From: an uncultured virus (IMG/VR IMGVR_UViG_3300004686_000002)
Taxonomy: Duplodnaviria; Heunggongvirae; Uroviricota; Caudoviricetes
Length of the DNA: 64,000 nt
IMG/VR virus record: IMGVR_UViG_3300004686_000002
Location: 62,001 to 126,000 of that record
Direction: 5' to 3' (one strand)
Below the pieces are notes generated by a model. That model made no database searches and was not told the origin of the DNA. It saw nothing but the letters and a program-made list of their open reading frames with translations. Position 1 is the stretch's first letter. The number at the start of each line of letters is the position of its first letter. The position numbers were made by a program, and so were the translations under genes. Shown piece by piece: positions 40,421-49,743 of the stretch.

Positions 40421-41013
40421 TGTTGTGGTTTTCCTGATCCCATGGGAGCTGTATAAATACCACCTTGCCCCATAGCGGATTGCTGGGCTTGCTCTTGCTG
40501 AGCCTGATCTTCTGCTTGCTGCTGCTGCTTCTGCATAGCTTCCATTTTTTTATTATGGGTGTCCGCAAGTTGTTTAACCTTAAGCAAGCTATGGGTAGCC
40601 TTGCCGCCACTCGAAAGATCTAAGAGTTCTCTGACAGAAAGTGTTACCTTTGTGTTATCGAGGCTGTTCTCCGCATTAACATTTCCTGCGGCTTGCTGAG
40701 GTTCCTGCTCGGCTTGTTCTGCCGGTTGGCCTTCCTGTGGTTGCTGAGGCTGCGCTTGTTGTTGACCTACCTGCTGGATCTGCTGGGCAAGCTGTTGCAT
40801 GGCCTGGAGCTGCTGGTCGGGCGGAAGCTGTTGAAGTTGCTGCAACGCCGGGGAAATCTGCTGCTGAAGTTCGGGAGGGAGTTGAGAGATCATACCCATA
40901 AGCTGTTGCTGAGCTTGTTGCAACTGTCCCTGATCTTGTTGCGCCTGGGGATTTGGGATGAACGCCTCTTTAACTAGGCCATCATAAGATTCTATAAGGG
41001 ATTGAATATTCAT
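40417..41013 (-). CDS. Glutamine-rich low-complexity protein
   Basis: VKEA near the N-terminus, then long Q/P/A tracts; coupled to both neighbours. Confidence 0.6.
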   Translation of the reverse strand: MNIQSLIESYDGLVKEAFIPNPQAQQDQGQLQQAQQQLMGMISQLPPELQQQISPALQQLQQLPPDQQLQAMQQLAQQIQQVGQQQAQPQQPQEGQPAEQAEQEPQQAAGNVNAENSLDNTKVTLSVRELLDLSSGGKATHSLLKVKQLADTHNKKMEAMQKQQQQAEDQAQQEQAQQSAMGQGGIYTAPMGSGKPQQ

Positions 41014-41210
41014 TTGATATACTCCAGGTCTATTATTTTATTTATTTTCTTCTTTATTTCTTTTTTTAAAGTCTTAATTTTACCCTGTTGATGGGTACCC
41101 CTTAGTTCATGCTCTCCGGAATCAAGCCTGCGGAGTTCATCTAGATAGTGTTCTAGCTCCGCCAACTTTTCTTCATCAGTTAGCTTAAACCAAATTTCTT
41201 CATCTATCAT
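41010..41210 (-). CDS. Hypothetical protein
   Basis: 66 aa charged helical ORF. Confidence 0.5.
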   Translation of the reverse strand: MIDEEIWFKLTDEEKLAELEHYLDELRRLDSGEHELRGTHQQGKIKTLKKEIKKKINKIIDLEYIK

Positions 41211-41240
41211 TGTATGTGATACTTAAAGTTTAATAAAGCT

Positions 41241-44228
41241 TTAAGATAAGTCAATATTATCTCCTATGTCTAGCTTTCCGGCCATAAAATCGGCAACTAC
41301 CTGGGCTTCGCTAGAGTAGTGCATAGGTTTATTATGTTTATTCTCGTAGCTAGCCGCAAATAATCCCACAGCCGCCTCATTTGATGGGGTATATATAGGG
41401 CTAAAAGTTCTATGATAAATTAAGTTTTTCTCAGGGAATAACTTTTCTTTAACTTCTTCTTTAGCTGCGTCTCCTGCCGGAACTTGCACATTCAATTGGT
41501 CTCCGTCAGAATCAGCACCATAACCTTTAAACACCAAGGGGTTGAGCTTTATAGAGAAGTCTTTAGGATCCGGGTTAGGCCTAAGGTAGAATCCTTGAAA
41601 GTTATATTTGGATAACTGCGGGTCTCTGGTAACAATTCCTGGGCGATCCTTGAGTTCTTCTTGTAAAGCCAAGGAGGCTAAAGGGTGTTTAGACTTAACA
41701 TAGTCTCTTGCCTTTGTGGCTGGTACTCCCTGCCTTACTAATCTCCGAATAACAAAAGGAGTGTATATATTCCACAAAATAGCCTGAGGAATTGCCGCTT
41801 CGTTCAATTGAAGATTTCCATCCGGCACAAGTACCCCTCTACCCACGAGGTCTATTGGTTTATTCACAACCTTTGCCTGGAACATTGAGCTTTTTGCACT
41901 ACCTCCTTGTGTGCCCAGTGTTGTGGCTAACAAACCTTTAAAGTTTTTTTCTTTGCTCCTGGTGCTGATTGGTTCGCCTAAACCATACACAGCTCTAACG
42001 CCCTCGTATAATTTTTTGCGAGCCTCTCCTTTTAATTCCACTGGAGTATGCTCGTCTATACCATTAAAAGATTTATTAACCAGCATCAAATCTTTATATA
42101 GCTCGTTAACATCAGCGCTCATGATTTGATTACCTTGAGCAGTAATAGGTCTATATTGGGCAGGGATAACCGGAATTTTAGAAATTAATAAATCTTTAGG
42201 ATGTAAATCCTGCCTCTTCAACATGGTTAAGAAAGACAAAACTTTAACAGCTGAGTCTCTCTCTGTTTTTCTGTTAGACTTAATGTAACCCTTCAGCTCG
42301 TTTATTTTATCGTCTAGCTTTATACCATTTAAAGCTTTCTCTAACGATCCATCAGCAAGCATCTCTTCAAACTTATTTTTAGTAACTCCTAAAAGTTTAC
42401 GAAGTGGTTCTTCACTAACAGGATTGGGGACTTTAAATGAAAGATTGATATGATTATAGTTATCTCCATAAATACCTACATTTACAGGGTCAAAAAGTCC
42501 GTTATTCTCAGCGACTAATTCACCATTTTTTAATTTGTAGGTTAGAGGTTCATGAATTTCACCGTGACTAATTTTTTCTATATCCTTATCTGTTTGGGGA
42601 AGAATATTAAACTTAGTTCCCTCTTGATTAACGTGCACACCAGAACCTTCTAGGTGAGAGATAAACTTGTTAAATATAAATGGAACTTTTGGTGGAGGTG
42701 GAGCATAACCTAATTTTATTGCATTCCAGAACTCGTCGTTTTTTGTTCCTCTAACAACGGCAACATCTTTTAAAACTTCTTTAGCGTCGTTAGAAAGTGC
42801 CACCGTGGTTGCAAGATTTCCCAAACGCTTACTCTTTTCTTCTGTGCCCGCCTTAGAGGGTTGCATATTGATATCGTAGGTAGTTCCTGACGATCTGGAC
42901 GAAATTTTATCTTCAGCTATATGATGGAGTCGAGTGTAGTAAGATGGTCCGGTGAATACTTCTATGTGTTTACCAGAAACAGGATCGTATAATTTCTCTG
43001 TGTCTTTTATGCCGTGTTTCTCTAATTCTTTTATTGTTTTTTCAACAACGCTACCATCAGAGAATGGTGTGATTTTTAGACTATGTCCTAATTTTTGAGC
43101 AACCTTGCCCATTGCCATGGTCGTGATGAGCCCCGGAGCAACACGGCTAGTAACACTCATCGAATTGAGCAATACATCTATAGGTTTACCGTCTTCTCCT
43201 TGAGGCATTTCACTATTGCTAACAATTCTAACCACCCCCTTTGCTCCGAAAGGATTAGATAGTTTGTCAGCTGTGGCCATAGGCCTACGAGTCTTTATAG
43301 TTACTGTGATTAATTTACCTGTGTTGCTAACATCCACAACTTCACCATCGTGCTCGTAAGTCCAGGTCTCTGTGATATCTGAATACGCGTTTTTTAATGC
43401 TCTGGAAAGTTTACCTAATTGAATCTCTAATGACTTTAATGTTTTAGGCTGATAGGCAAGAATCAATGGATCTCCGTGCTTTACTACACTTCCCCTTTTC
43501 ACAACACCAGAGCTATCTAATTTACCTAACTGGTCATTAAAGTATTTATTAGGAAACAGAGAAACATATTTATCTTTTTCTGTTTCTATACCTCTAGCTA
43601 TCTCCAATCTAACTGGAACAAGTTGCTCTGCTTCTAATTTTTTTGCAGCATCTTCGCTAATAACAAGTGCGTCCTCAAAGTTATACGATCTATACGGCAT
43701 CACGGCCGTTTTGAGATTCATACCCAAGGCCATATTGCCATGACTGTCTGAGTAGTTAGAGGTAGCTAATAAACTTTCAGGTTTAACAGAATCACCTACT
43801 TTAACAGTAGGTGTATGGTGCATATAACTTTCTCTACCTACTAAATAATTTTGATAAAGCGGATGTTCGTGCTCTTTACCAGAGTTGTCTTTTATAACAA
43901 TCTTGTCGTTGTCTACTGAAGTGACTTTTCCTGAAATATTGCTGCGTATACTAACAAGCTTGTGTCCAAACTGTTCAACAAAGCTCTTGTGTTCCTGACT
44001 TTCGCTAGATTGAACCAACGGGGCTTCTCTGTTAACCAGAGTCATGGCCTGCAGCGAACTCTTGTCTCCGATAAGCACACGAGCACCGGAAACGCTGCTC
44101 AGGCTAGGTATGAGATTTGTAACAGGAGAGAAGAAATCCGTGGTGCTCGGAATCTTATAATCTACTTTAGTTGATCTTGGGACTTTTTTGAGTTTTCCGT
44201 GGTCCAACACGAATTTGTACTCTTTCAT
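41241..44228 (-). CDS. RNA polymerase beta C-terminal / beta' N-terminal fusion subunit
   Basis: Beta motifs NLIPSL, YNFEDALVISE, ADKLSNPFGAKG, IDVLLNS, LHHIAEDKISSRS, KRLGN; then beta' motifs GLFDP, NHINL, IPVIPAQYRP, KPIDLVGRGV, RDPQL, GADSDGD. Confidence 0.93.
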   Translation of the reverse strand: MKEYKFVLDHGKLKKVPRSTKVDYKIPSTTDFFSPVTNLIPSLSSVSGARVLIGDKSSLQAMTLVNREAPLVQSSESQEHKSFVEQFGHKLVSIRSNISGKVTSVDNDKIVIKDNSGKEHEHPLYQNYLVGRESYMHHTPTVKVGDSVKPESLLATSNYSDSHGNMALGMNLKTAVMPYRSYNFEDALVISEDAAKKLEAEQLVPVRLEIARGIETEKDKYVSLFPNKYFNDQLGKLDSSGVVKRGSVVKHGDPLILAYQPKTLKSLEIQLGKLSRALKNAYSDITETWTYEHDGEVVDVSNTGKLITVTIKTRRPMATADKLSNPFGAKGVVRIVSNSEMPQGEDGKPIDVLLNSMSVTSRVAPGLITTMAMGKVAQKLGHSLKITPFSDGSVVEKTIKELEKHGIKDTEKLYDPVSGKHIEVFTGPSYYTRLHHIAEDKISSRSSGTTYDINMQPSKAGTEEKSKRLGNLATTVALSNDAKEVLKDVAVVRGTKNDEFWNAIKLGYAPPPPKVPFIFNKFISHLEGSGVHVNQEGTKFNILPQTDKDIEKISHGEIHEPLTYKLKNGELVAENNGLFDPVNVGIYGDNYNHINLSFKVPNPVSEEPLRKLLGVTKNKFEEMLADGSLEKALNGIKLDDKINELKGYIKSNRKTERDSAVKVLSFLTMLKRQDLHPKDLLISKIPVIPAQYRPITAQGNQIMSADVNELYKDLMLVNKSFNGIDEHTPVELKGEARKKLYEGVRAVYGLGEPISTRSKEKNFKGLLATTLGTQGGSAKSSMFQAKVVNKPIDLVGRGVLVPDGNLQLNEAAIPQAILWNIYTPFVIRRLVRQGVPATKARDYVKSKHPLASLALQEELKDRPGIVTRDPQLSKYNFQGFYLRPNPDPKDFSIKLNPLVFKGYGADSDGDQLNVQVPAGDAAKEEVKEKLFPEKNLIYHRTFSPIYTPSNEAAVGLFAASYENKHNKPMHYSSEAQVVADFMAGKLDIGDNIDLS

Positions 44229-44234
44229 CCAAAC

Positions 44235-44263
44235 ATTCTATCAACAGCCTGTTTAAAAGGCTA
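44235..44263 (-). promoter_or_regulatory. Probable leaderless promoter of the RNAP fusion gene
   Basis: TAGCCT-N17-TAGAAT (extended TGn)-N6-ATG. Confidence 0.5.
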
Positions 44264-44291
44264 CTGATTTGTTAATAGCCGCGTTATGTAG

Positions 44292-45083
44292 TTAATTCCT
44301 GAGCTCTGCCATTGCCTGCTCTAACTGGTCTAGGGTTAAACCCGCAGGAGTAGAATTGTTAGATTTAACCCATTCAACGTCCACAAGAGCATATGCCTCA
44401 TCTGTAAACTTACTAAAGAAATCCCAAGTCATTGTGTAATATTGCCCCCATGAAATAACTTTTAATCCAACATTATTATATCCGGCAGCAATAATGGCAT
44501 GCCCTCCTACTATAGTATTGTCTGCTGAAGGTTCGAGTGTCCAAACAGCGGGAGGGTTGCCTTCTGGAGGAGTAATATATTGAGGAACGTCTATACCCAT
44601 ATACAACACACCACATGCATTGATAGCAGATTTTATGGCGTCAATGTGATTAACATGAATTTCATAAAAAGCAGTCAACTTATGTCTCTCTGCGTCTCCC
44701 GACCCTACAGGTGCCCCCTCATTGAGAAGATAGGTGAGAACTTGCTGCTCATTACCACCGTTATCTGTGGCAGGATTACCTGGTATATATCCGCAAGCGC
44801 GCTCATACAGGATTTCAACTTCAGCGTCGTCTTCTGTTAATAACTGCCCTGTTGTATTATAACTCCAAACCTGTAGTGCGTGATAGAACGCCGCGCAGGT
44901 ACAGTCGCCCAGTTGGTCATTCATCATCACTCCCAGATTGCTGGGCATTCCTACGGTATAATCAACTTCTTCCGGAAAAGCGGGAATTGGTTTGCCCGCC
45001 AGCAGTGTGCGCATGAAGGGAATCTTGGGATTATGACTTCTTGGCTGCCTTCCTCCCTGAAATGTTTTTCCGGTTATGCTCAT
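44292..45083 (-). CDS. Papain-like (C1-type) cysteine peptidase
   Basis: NDQLGDCTCAA (catalytic Cys), GGHAIIAAGY (His), ISWG. Confidence 0.8.
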   Translation of the reverse strand: MSITGKTFQGGRQPRSHNPKIPFMRTLLAGKPIPAFPEEVDYTVGMPSNLGVMMNDQLGDCTCAAFYHALQVWSYNTTGQLLTEDDAEVEILYERACGYIPGNPATDNGGNEQQVLTYLLNEGAPVGSGDAERHKLTAFYEIHVNHIDAIKSAINACGVLYMGIDVPQYITPPEGNPPAVWTLEPSADNTIVGGHAIIAAGYNNVGLKVISWGQYYTMTWDFFSKFTDEAYALVDVEWVKSNNSTPAGLTLDQLEQAMAELRN

Positions 45084-45133
45084 AATATTAGATATGTTGG
45101 TTATACTAGAATATTTTAACCTTTTTAAAGAAG

Positions 45134-45445
45134 TTAGTCCACCTCTTCTGGGTTATCCACAAATCTTAATCCGCATCTCCAGAGTACATGCGCTATGTCA
45201 TCACTGATTTCATCCACGATGTCATTGTCTAATTCCCAAACAGCACAATGTATCAACTCATCCAAAAGAGTAGCCAGCATCTCCTTAGGTGATTGATCTG
45301 GATCTACAACCACAGTTTTACCTTTGGCTTCTGGGTTATCCGTGCGCCCTCTGTTCTTGGTTTCATTAATCAGATTAGGTAGCAATAGGAATTTATACCT
45401 TCTGCCTCTTACTGTGATAGAATGAATATTCTCTAGCTGTTTCAT
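45134..45445 (-). CDS. Small zincin-like protein with variant DExxH motif
   Basis: ATLLDELIHCA in place of TLLHExxH. Confidence 0.55.
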   Translation of the reverse strand: MKQLENIHSITVRGRRYKFLLLPNLINETKNRGRTDNPEAKGKTVVVDPDQSPKEMLATLLDELIHCAVWELDNDIVDEISDDIAHVLWRCGLRFVDNPEEVD

Positions 45446-45590
45446 AATGTATTTGCAGACTAGGATACTCTATAAACCCCTATATTGGAAGCGAGGATTT
45501 CAAGGGCCACCTAGTCTATTAGATAGATCCCTCTTTTTAACATCTCTCTCCTACACATTCCATCATCCAAAAGATTCCAGTACAGAGAAT

Positions 45591-45619
45591 TTGACAACCG
45601 TGCTTTCTGTGGATAATTT
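45591..45619 (+). promoter_or_regulatory. Probable leaderless promoter of the HUH gene
   Basis: TTGACA-N17-TAATTT-N6-ATG(45626). Confidence 0.55.
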
Positions 45620-45625
45620 GAGCCC

Positions 45626-46993
45626 ATGCTTTCAGAAGAAGAGTTAGCCGGACAATTGTGTGGGGTGGACATGAAACCTAACCGCCCAAGGGATAGGGTA
45701 ATTAACGAATGGTTGGCTTTAGGGGCGAACAGGTGTATGAACAAACCCCTAGACTATTCTCCCACCTCTAGAGCTGAAGTAGACCCTACAAATATGCGCT
45801 CTATAATTGCTGGTTGGGATTATCTCACTCCTGGTGAAAGTTGGAACATACTTAGAATACTAGAGAAAGAAGTTCAGGGTGAAGGTAGATCTGGTAATCA
45901 TGGAATCATTTACTATCCTGCATGGGGTATGAAGCGTAAGAACCAATTTACTCGTTGGTGCTCATTTGTTGCTCTTACTGGTGATAGCCTGTTGAGCTCT
46001 GGTTCTCTCTTAAACAGTATGCTCTCATATAAGAAAGGAGTTTGTGGTAAGAATCTCAAAAGCAAGACTCTCAACCCATATACTACTAGGAATGATAGTA
46101 CAAAGTGGTTGAATCAGCGTTCGCTCTCTATCTCTGATCTCTTCAGGTCTGGTAAACGTGCTATGACCTTTGTTATTCATGAAGATGATGTTCACATTCC
46201 AGATCACGGTGAAGAATGGATATCTAGTTTGGACGGTGACTTCAAGAAAACCAGAGGTAGGTTGATGGCATTGAAGCGCTCTGGCGTTATCTCTGACTAC
46301 TTCTACAGTCATGAGTGCAGTGCTACTTCTATCTCTAGCCGTGTGATTCATCCTCATACTCATGTGGTGTTCTGGGCGGATAAAGGTTGGTCAGAAGAGG
46401 ATATGAGATCTAAACTTAAGTTAGACAAAGCTATTTCTATGGGAATGGCTGGAGATAACAAATATATAACCTGGAAGAGCAGAACCTCTGAGTTTGAGAA
46501 CTATCTAGGATACATAACTGGTGTGTATGATTGGAGTGATAGACTGTCCACTGAGTGGAATCCTGATGATGGTGCCGAGCTGGTTAGAAATGCTCGTGAG
46601 ATGGCATACTCTGTGGCTTATTTCTTCCTACATACACACAAAACAGGGTGCGGAGGATTAGAGAAGAATCCTGACTTGCAAAAAAAGCATTCTAAAGATA
46701 AAATCGATAGAACTAAATCTTGCGCAAACCCAGAATATGAATCCAGAAGCACTGAAGTCAGGAATGTTAGAAGTATTATCTCAGGAGGGAATATCCAAAG
46801 AAGCCTCGCTGGGAATAGTGGATACAATACTCTCGAACAAAGAGACTATGGAGTTCCTGGAGAAGACTTCAGCTCTGTTGAATCAAGTGAGAGAAGAGAG
46901 TCTAGAGTTCAGAAAGGGCGTGAAAGAGGCTTTGCTAGAAGAAGGAAAGGACGAAGCATTCATAGAGGGATTCTTCAAAGAGAGCGAGGTTGA
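45626..46993 (+). CDS. HUH endonuclease, rolling-circle Rep-like (putative)
   Basis: MTFVI (motif I-like), YSHECS...IHPHTHVV (HUH), NYLGYI (catalytic Tyr candidate); last 257 nt overlap the next gene. Confidence 0.55.
   Translation: MLSEEELAGQLCGVDMKPNRPRDRVINEWLALGANRCMNKPLDYSPTSRAEVDPTNMRSIIAGWDYLTPGESWNILRILEKEVQGEGRSGNHGIIYYPAWGMKRKNQFTRWCSFVALTGDSLLSSGSLLNSMLSYKKGVCGKNLKSKTLNPYTTRNDSTKWLNQRSLSISDLFRSGKRAMTFVIHEDDVHIPDHGEEWISSLDGDFKKTRGRLMALKRSGVISDYFYSHECSATSISSRVIHPHTHVVFWADKGWSEEDMRSKLKLDKAISMGMAGDNKYITWKSRTSEFENYLGYITGVYDWSDRLSTEWNPDDGAELVRNAREMAYSVAYFFLHTHKTGCGGLEKNPDLQKKHSKDKIDRTKSCANPEYESRSTEVRNVRSIISGGNIQRSLAGNSGYNTLEQRDYGVPGEDFSSVESSERRESRVQKGRERGFARRRKGRSIHRGILQRERG
46676..46704 (+). 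promoter_or_regulatory. Sigma70-like promoter inside the 3' part of the HUH ORF
   Basis: TTGCAA-N17-TAAAAT, 32 nt before the ATG at 46737. Confidence 0.6.
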
Positions 46994-47837
46994 ACTAGAG
47001 AAGATTGCAGGAGAGTTCAACGAGAAGACCGCAGGAGGAGAAGCTTCACTCCTCAGGGGACTAGGTGGTATAGGTGAGGGCTTGGGTAGAGTTTTCAAGG
47101 GAGTAGGAGACACCTGGAGAGAAGCAGGAAAGGGTGAGGGTATGCTGCAAGGATTGAAAAATACATTTATGGGTGTCGGAGAAGAGGCAAATAAGATTCG
47201 TCCTGGCTTCAGTGCTTCAGAAGGGGCTGGAGGAGTTCCTGCATCAGAAGCAGCGCATCCAGCTGCGGAGCCTATTACACCTGCAGCAGAACCCACAACT
47301 TCCACCCCTCAAGCAACTCCACAGTCAGGAGACCCTGGATTCATGGGTCCAGGATTCTGGGCACGTAGATGGAACAAAGCAGGCAAGGGGGCCCTCTACG
47401 GCGGTGGAATAGGTGCACTGGGAGGTTTACCAGGAGCTTTAGGAGGAGCCGCGCTAGGAGGGGCTGCCGGACTATTAGGTAGAGCAGGAGTTGCTGGCGT
47501 TGGTGCCGGTGCATTAGGAGGAGGAGCTTTACTGGGTAGGTCTATCTCAGGAGATGGGGGAGACTTCAAATATGGTCAGCCGCCCTGGAACCAACACCAA
47601 ATGATTCCAGGAATTTCTAACGAGCTGGCTGGTACGGCAGGAGGCGCATTAGGTGCATTGATGCTCAGCAAAGAATTGGGGCTTCCTCTAGGCACAGTGA
47701 CTCCTTTACTTTTAGGCGGGTTTCTAGGCCATAAGTTCTTACCAGGCATGATGAACTCTGCTATGGGAGGGGGCAACCCGTTAGCTAGCTATGGTTATGG
47801 TTGGAGCAGAGACGCGATGCCTTCCTCTATCAGATAA
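46737..47837 (+). CDS. Putative internal virion protein: acidic KxA propeptide plus very Gly-rich domain
   Basis: SKEA, AFIEGFFKES, EKIA, EKTA; then GALYGGGIGALGGLPGALGGAALGGAAGLLG. Confidence 0.65.
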   Translation: MNPEALKSGMLEVLSQEGISKEASLGIVDTILSNKETMEFLEKTSALLNQVREESLEFRKGVKEALLEEGKDEAFIEGFFKESEVELEKIAGEFNEKTAGGEASLLRGLGGIGEGLGRVFKGVGDTWREAGKGEGMLQGLKNTFMGVGEEANKIRPGFSASEGAGGVPASEAAHPAAEPITPAAEPTTSTPQATPQSGDPGFMGPGFWARRWNKAGKGALYGGGIGALGGLPGALGGAALGGAAGLLGRAGVAGVGAGALGGGALLGRSISGDGGDFKYGQPPWNQHQMIPGISNELAGTAGGALGALMLSKELGLPLGTVTPLLLGGFLGHKFLPGMMNSAMGGGNPLASYGYGWSRDAMPSSIR

Positions 47838-47839
47838 AT

Positions 47840-48640
47840 ATGGATTTAGACCTCACGGCTTTTAGCTTGGGCTTTAATGACCTCCTCAACGAGAAGAAGG
47901 GAGATTTCAATAGCTATGTAGACCACCTGGCTAACGAGAATATACTTCCATCTTTCTCAGGGCAGAAGAACTGGAAATATGTGGTTACTCCTGAAGGGTT
48001 GAGGCTATCTGATGGTAACCATGTTTACGGCTTTGGATTGAGTGAGTTCGGAGGAGAACTCAAACCTGTTGAAAAACTCAAAGATATAAATATATTAGAC
48101 TTTGAGAAAGACAAACTGCACGGAGGCACGGCCCAAATCCACAGAAGTAGCCCGCACAGCATCTATATGACCCTAGCCACAGGCAGAGAAAATCCTACAT
48201 TTGTGTTAGAGCACAGTGAAGGCAGAAACTGGAAATATCTGCCATCTAAAAAGATGATGAAGAGGTTAGAGGCTATTAAAAATCAAGAATCGCAAGTCAT
48301 TCCTAAAGTTGATCCAGAAGCACTCTTGAGAGGAGGAGAAGAAGAAATTAAAACTGCAGAATTCAACGGACTTCTAGGCTCTCCTGAAAATGCGGCTCAT
48401 CTCATGTTCGGAGGAATCAACAATGTGAGAGGAGCTATGGGCGCAATGGCTTCACACCCTCTACTCACCATAGGTGGAACAATTCTTGGAGGGTTGCTCT
48501 TGAATCATCTTAGAAAGAAACTTAGCCCTGAATATAATCAGCAAATGCAGGCAAACCCAGGGCAAGAGTTCAATAGATCTGTTGGACTTCCATTGCTCGC
48601 TGGTGGAGCTCTTGTGGGGTTAGGAGGGGCTTTAAAATGA
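47840..48640 (+). CDS. Putative internal virion protein with two hydrophobic segments
   Basis: Likely start MDLDLTAFSLGF at 47840; IKTA; LLTIGGTILGGLLL; LLAGGALVGLGG. Confidence 0.6.
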   Translation: MDLDLTAFSLGFNDLLNEKKGDFNSYVDHLANENILPSFSGQKNWKYVVTPEGLRLSDGNHVYGFGLSEFGGELKPVEKLKDINILDFEKDKLHGGTAQIHRSSPHSIYMTLATGRENPTFVLEHSEGRNWKYLPSKKMMKRLEAIKNQESQVIPKVDPEALLRGGEEEIKTAEFNGLLGSPENAAHLMFGGINNVRGAMGAMASHPLLTIGGTILGGLLLNHLRKKLSPEYNQQMQANPGQEFNRSVGLPLLAGGALVGLGGALK

Positions 48641-49020
48641 ACGAAGCTATCTCAACAGGCATGGAAGGGTTGGAGCTAGGAGGTGCGCTGGATTTCTCTA
48701 GTTTGATAGGTCCAGGAGAAACAATGCTTCCTGCGGATCTTGCAAAATATATAAAAGCAGACCATGCTCTTTCTCAGGATCAAAAGACCCACATATTGAG
48801 AATGCTCAACTCACCAGATGTAGCCAGTCATTTGCTCGCCGGAACAGCAGGGGCAGCCTTGGCTCTGGCTGTGGCTAGGTGGAAAAAGATGAGCGGCACT
48901 AGCCAGGTACTTATGAGCTTGGCAGGTTTTGGATTAGGAAATATAATATTAAACAAATTGATGGGTCCCTCGAAATTTACACGTTGGGACCCTGATACAG
49001 GAACAGTCACAGTACTATGA
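48637..49020 (+). CDS. Small protein with two hydrophobic segments
   Basis: LLAGTAGAALALAV; LMSLAGFGLGNIIL. Confidence 0.6.
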   Translation: MNEAISTGMEGLELGGALDFSSLIGPGETMLPADLAKYIKADHALSQDQKTHILRMLNSPDVASHLLAGTAGAALALAVARWKKMSGTSQVLMSLAGFGLGNIILNKLMGPSKFTRWDPDTGTVTVL

Positions 49021-49388
49021 ACTTAACATCTTACGCAAAAACAATAAAAGAAGTATTAGCCGATGATCTTCAGAAGATCGGAAGCTCGTTGGAGGAATTC
49101 GAGCATGCCCTGGCTAATATCAATACGGCAGAAGGAGCCATGAAGGTTGCGTCTGATCTTAATGTAATGAATGACTTTCTCATTCGTCCTGCTGCAGGTA
49201 TTGCAGGAGGTCTTCCTCATTGGGCCATGAACACAAGCGCCGCAGCAGGAGCTGCTGGCGGCATGGCTTTTGACGAGATGGAAAATAATGTTTCAGAATT
49301 AAATCAAGCCCTAGCCAGAGAGAGGCAGAAGGTACATATGATTAGAAATTTAACCCACAAACTAAAACAAGAACATGGCCTACACTAA
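49017..49388 (+). CDS. Putative internal virion protein
   Basis: MKVAS followed by an A/G-rich segment and a coiled coil. Confidence 0.6.
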   Translation: MNLTSYAKTIKEVLADDLQKIGSSLEEFEHALANINTAEGAMKVASDLNVMNDFLIRPAAGIAGGLPHWAMNTSAAAGAAGGMAFDEMENNVSELNQALARERQKVHMIRNLTHKLKQEHGLH

Positions 49389-49743
49389 CACAGAAAAAGC
49401 AACAGAACATTTTGACTTTGGAACAGCTAGTCCTGACTTCAGGCCTCAGCCCAAGCGCAGCATCCAGAGAGAATTAAAAGGAGAGATCCTAGATCAGCAA
49501 AAAACAGTAGATGCCTTTGAGCAGGCCAAGGGCTGGGCTAAAAAGCCAAAGATGGATCTCTCTATATATGAGTTTCACAACATCGTATTAGACCCAGAAA
49601 AGCAGCATGATGGTGAAATGCTGTCCAGGCTCTTGAACGACGAGAAATATGTGATCAGCTACTACAAGGATAATTGGACTCCTCAAGGAAGTTATAGAGT
49701 CTTTGTGATTTACGGAAAAAAGAAGGAAACCTCTAATGAATAA
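49375..49743 (+). CDS. Hypothetical protein
   Basis: 122 aa, overlaps both neighbours. Confidence 0.6.
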   Translation: MAYTNTEKATEHFDFGTASPDFRPQPKRSIQRELKGEILDQQKTVDAFEQAKGWAKKPKMDLSIYEFHNIVLDPEKQHDGEMLSRLLNDEKYVISYYKDNWTPQGSYRVFVIYGKKKETSNE

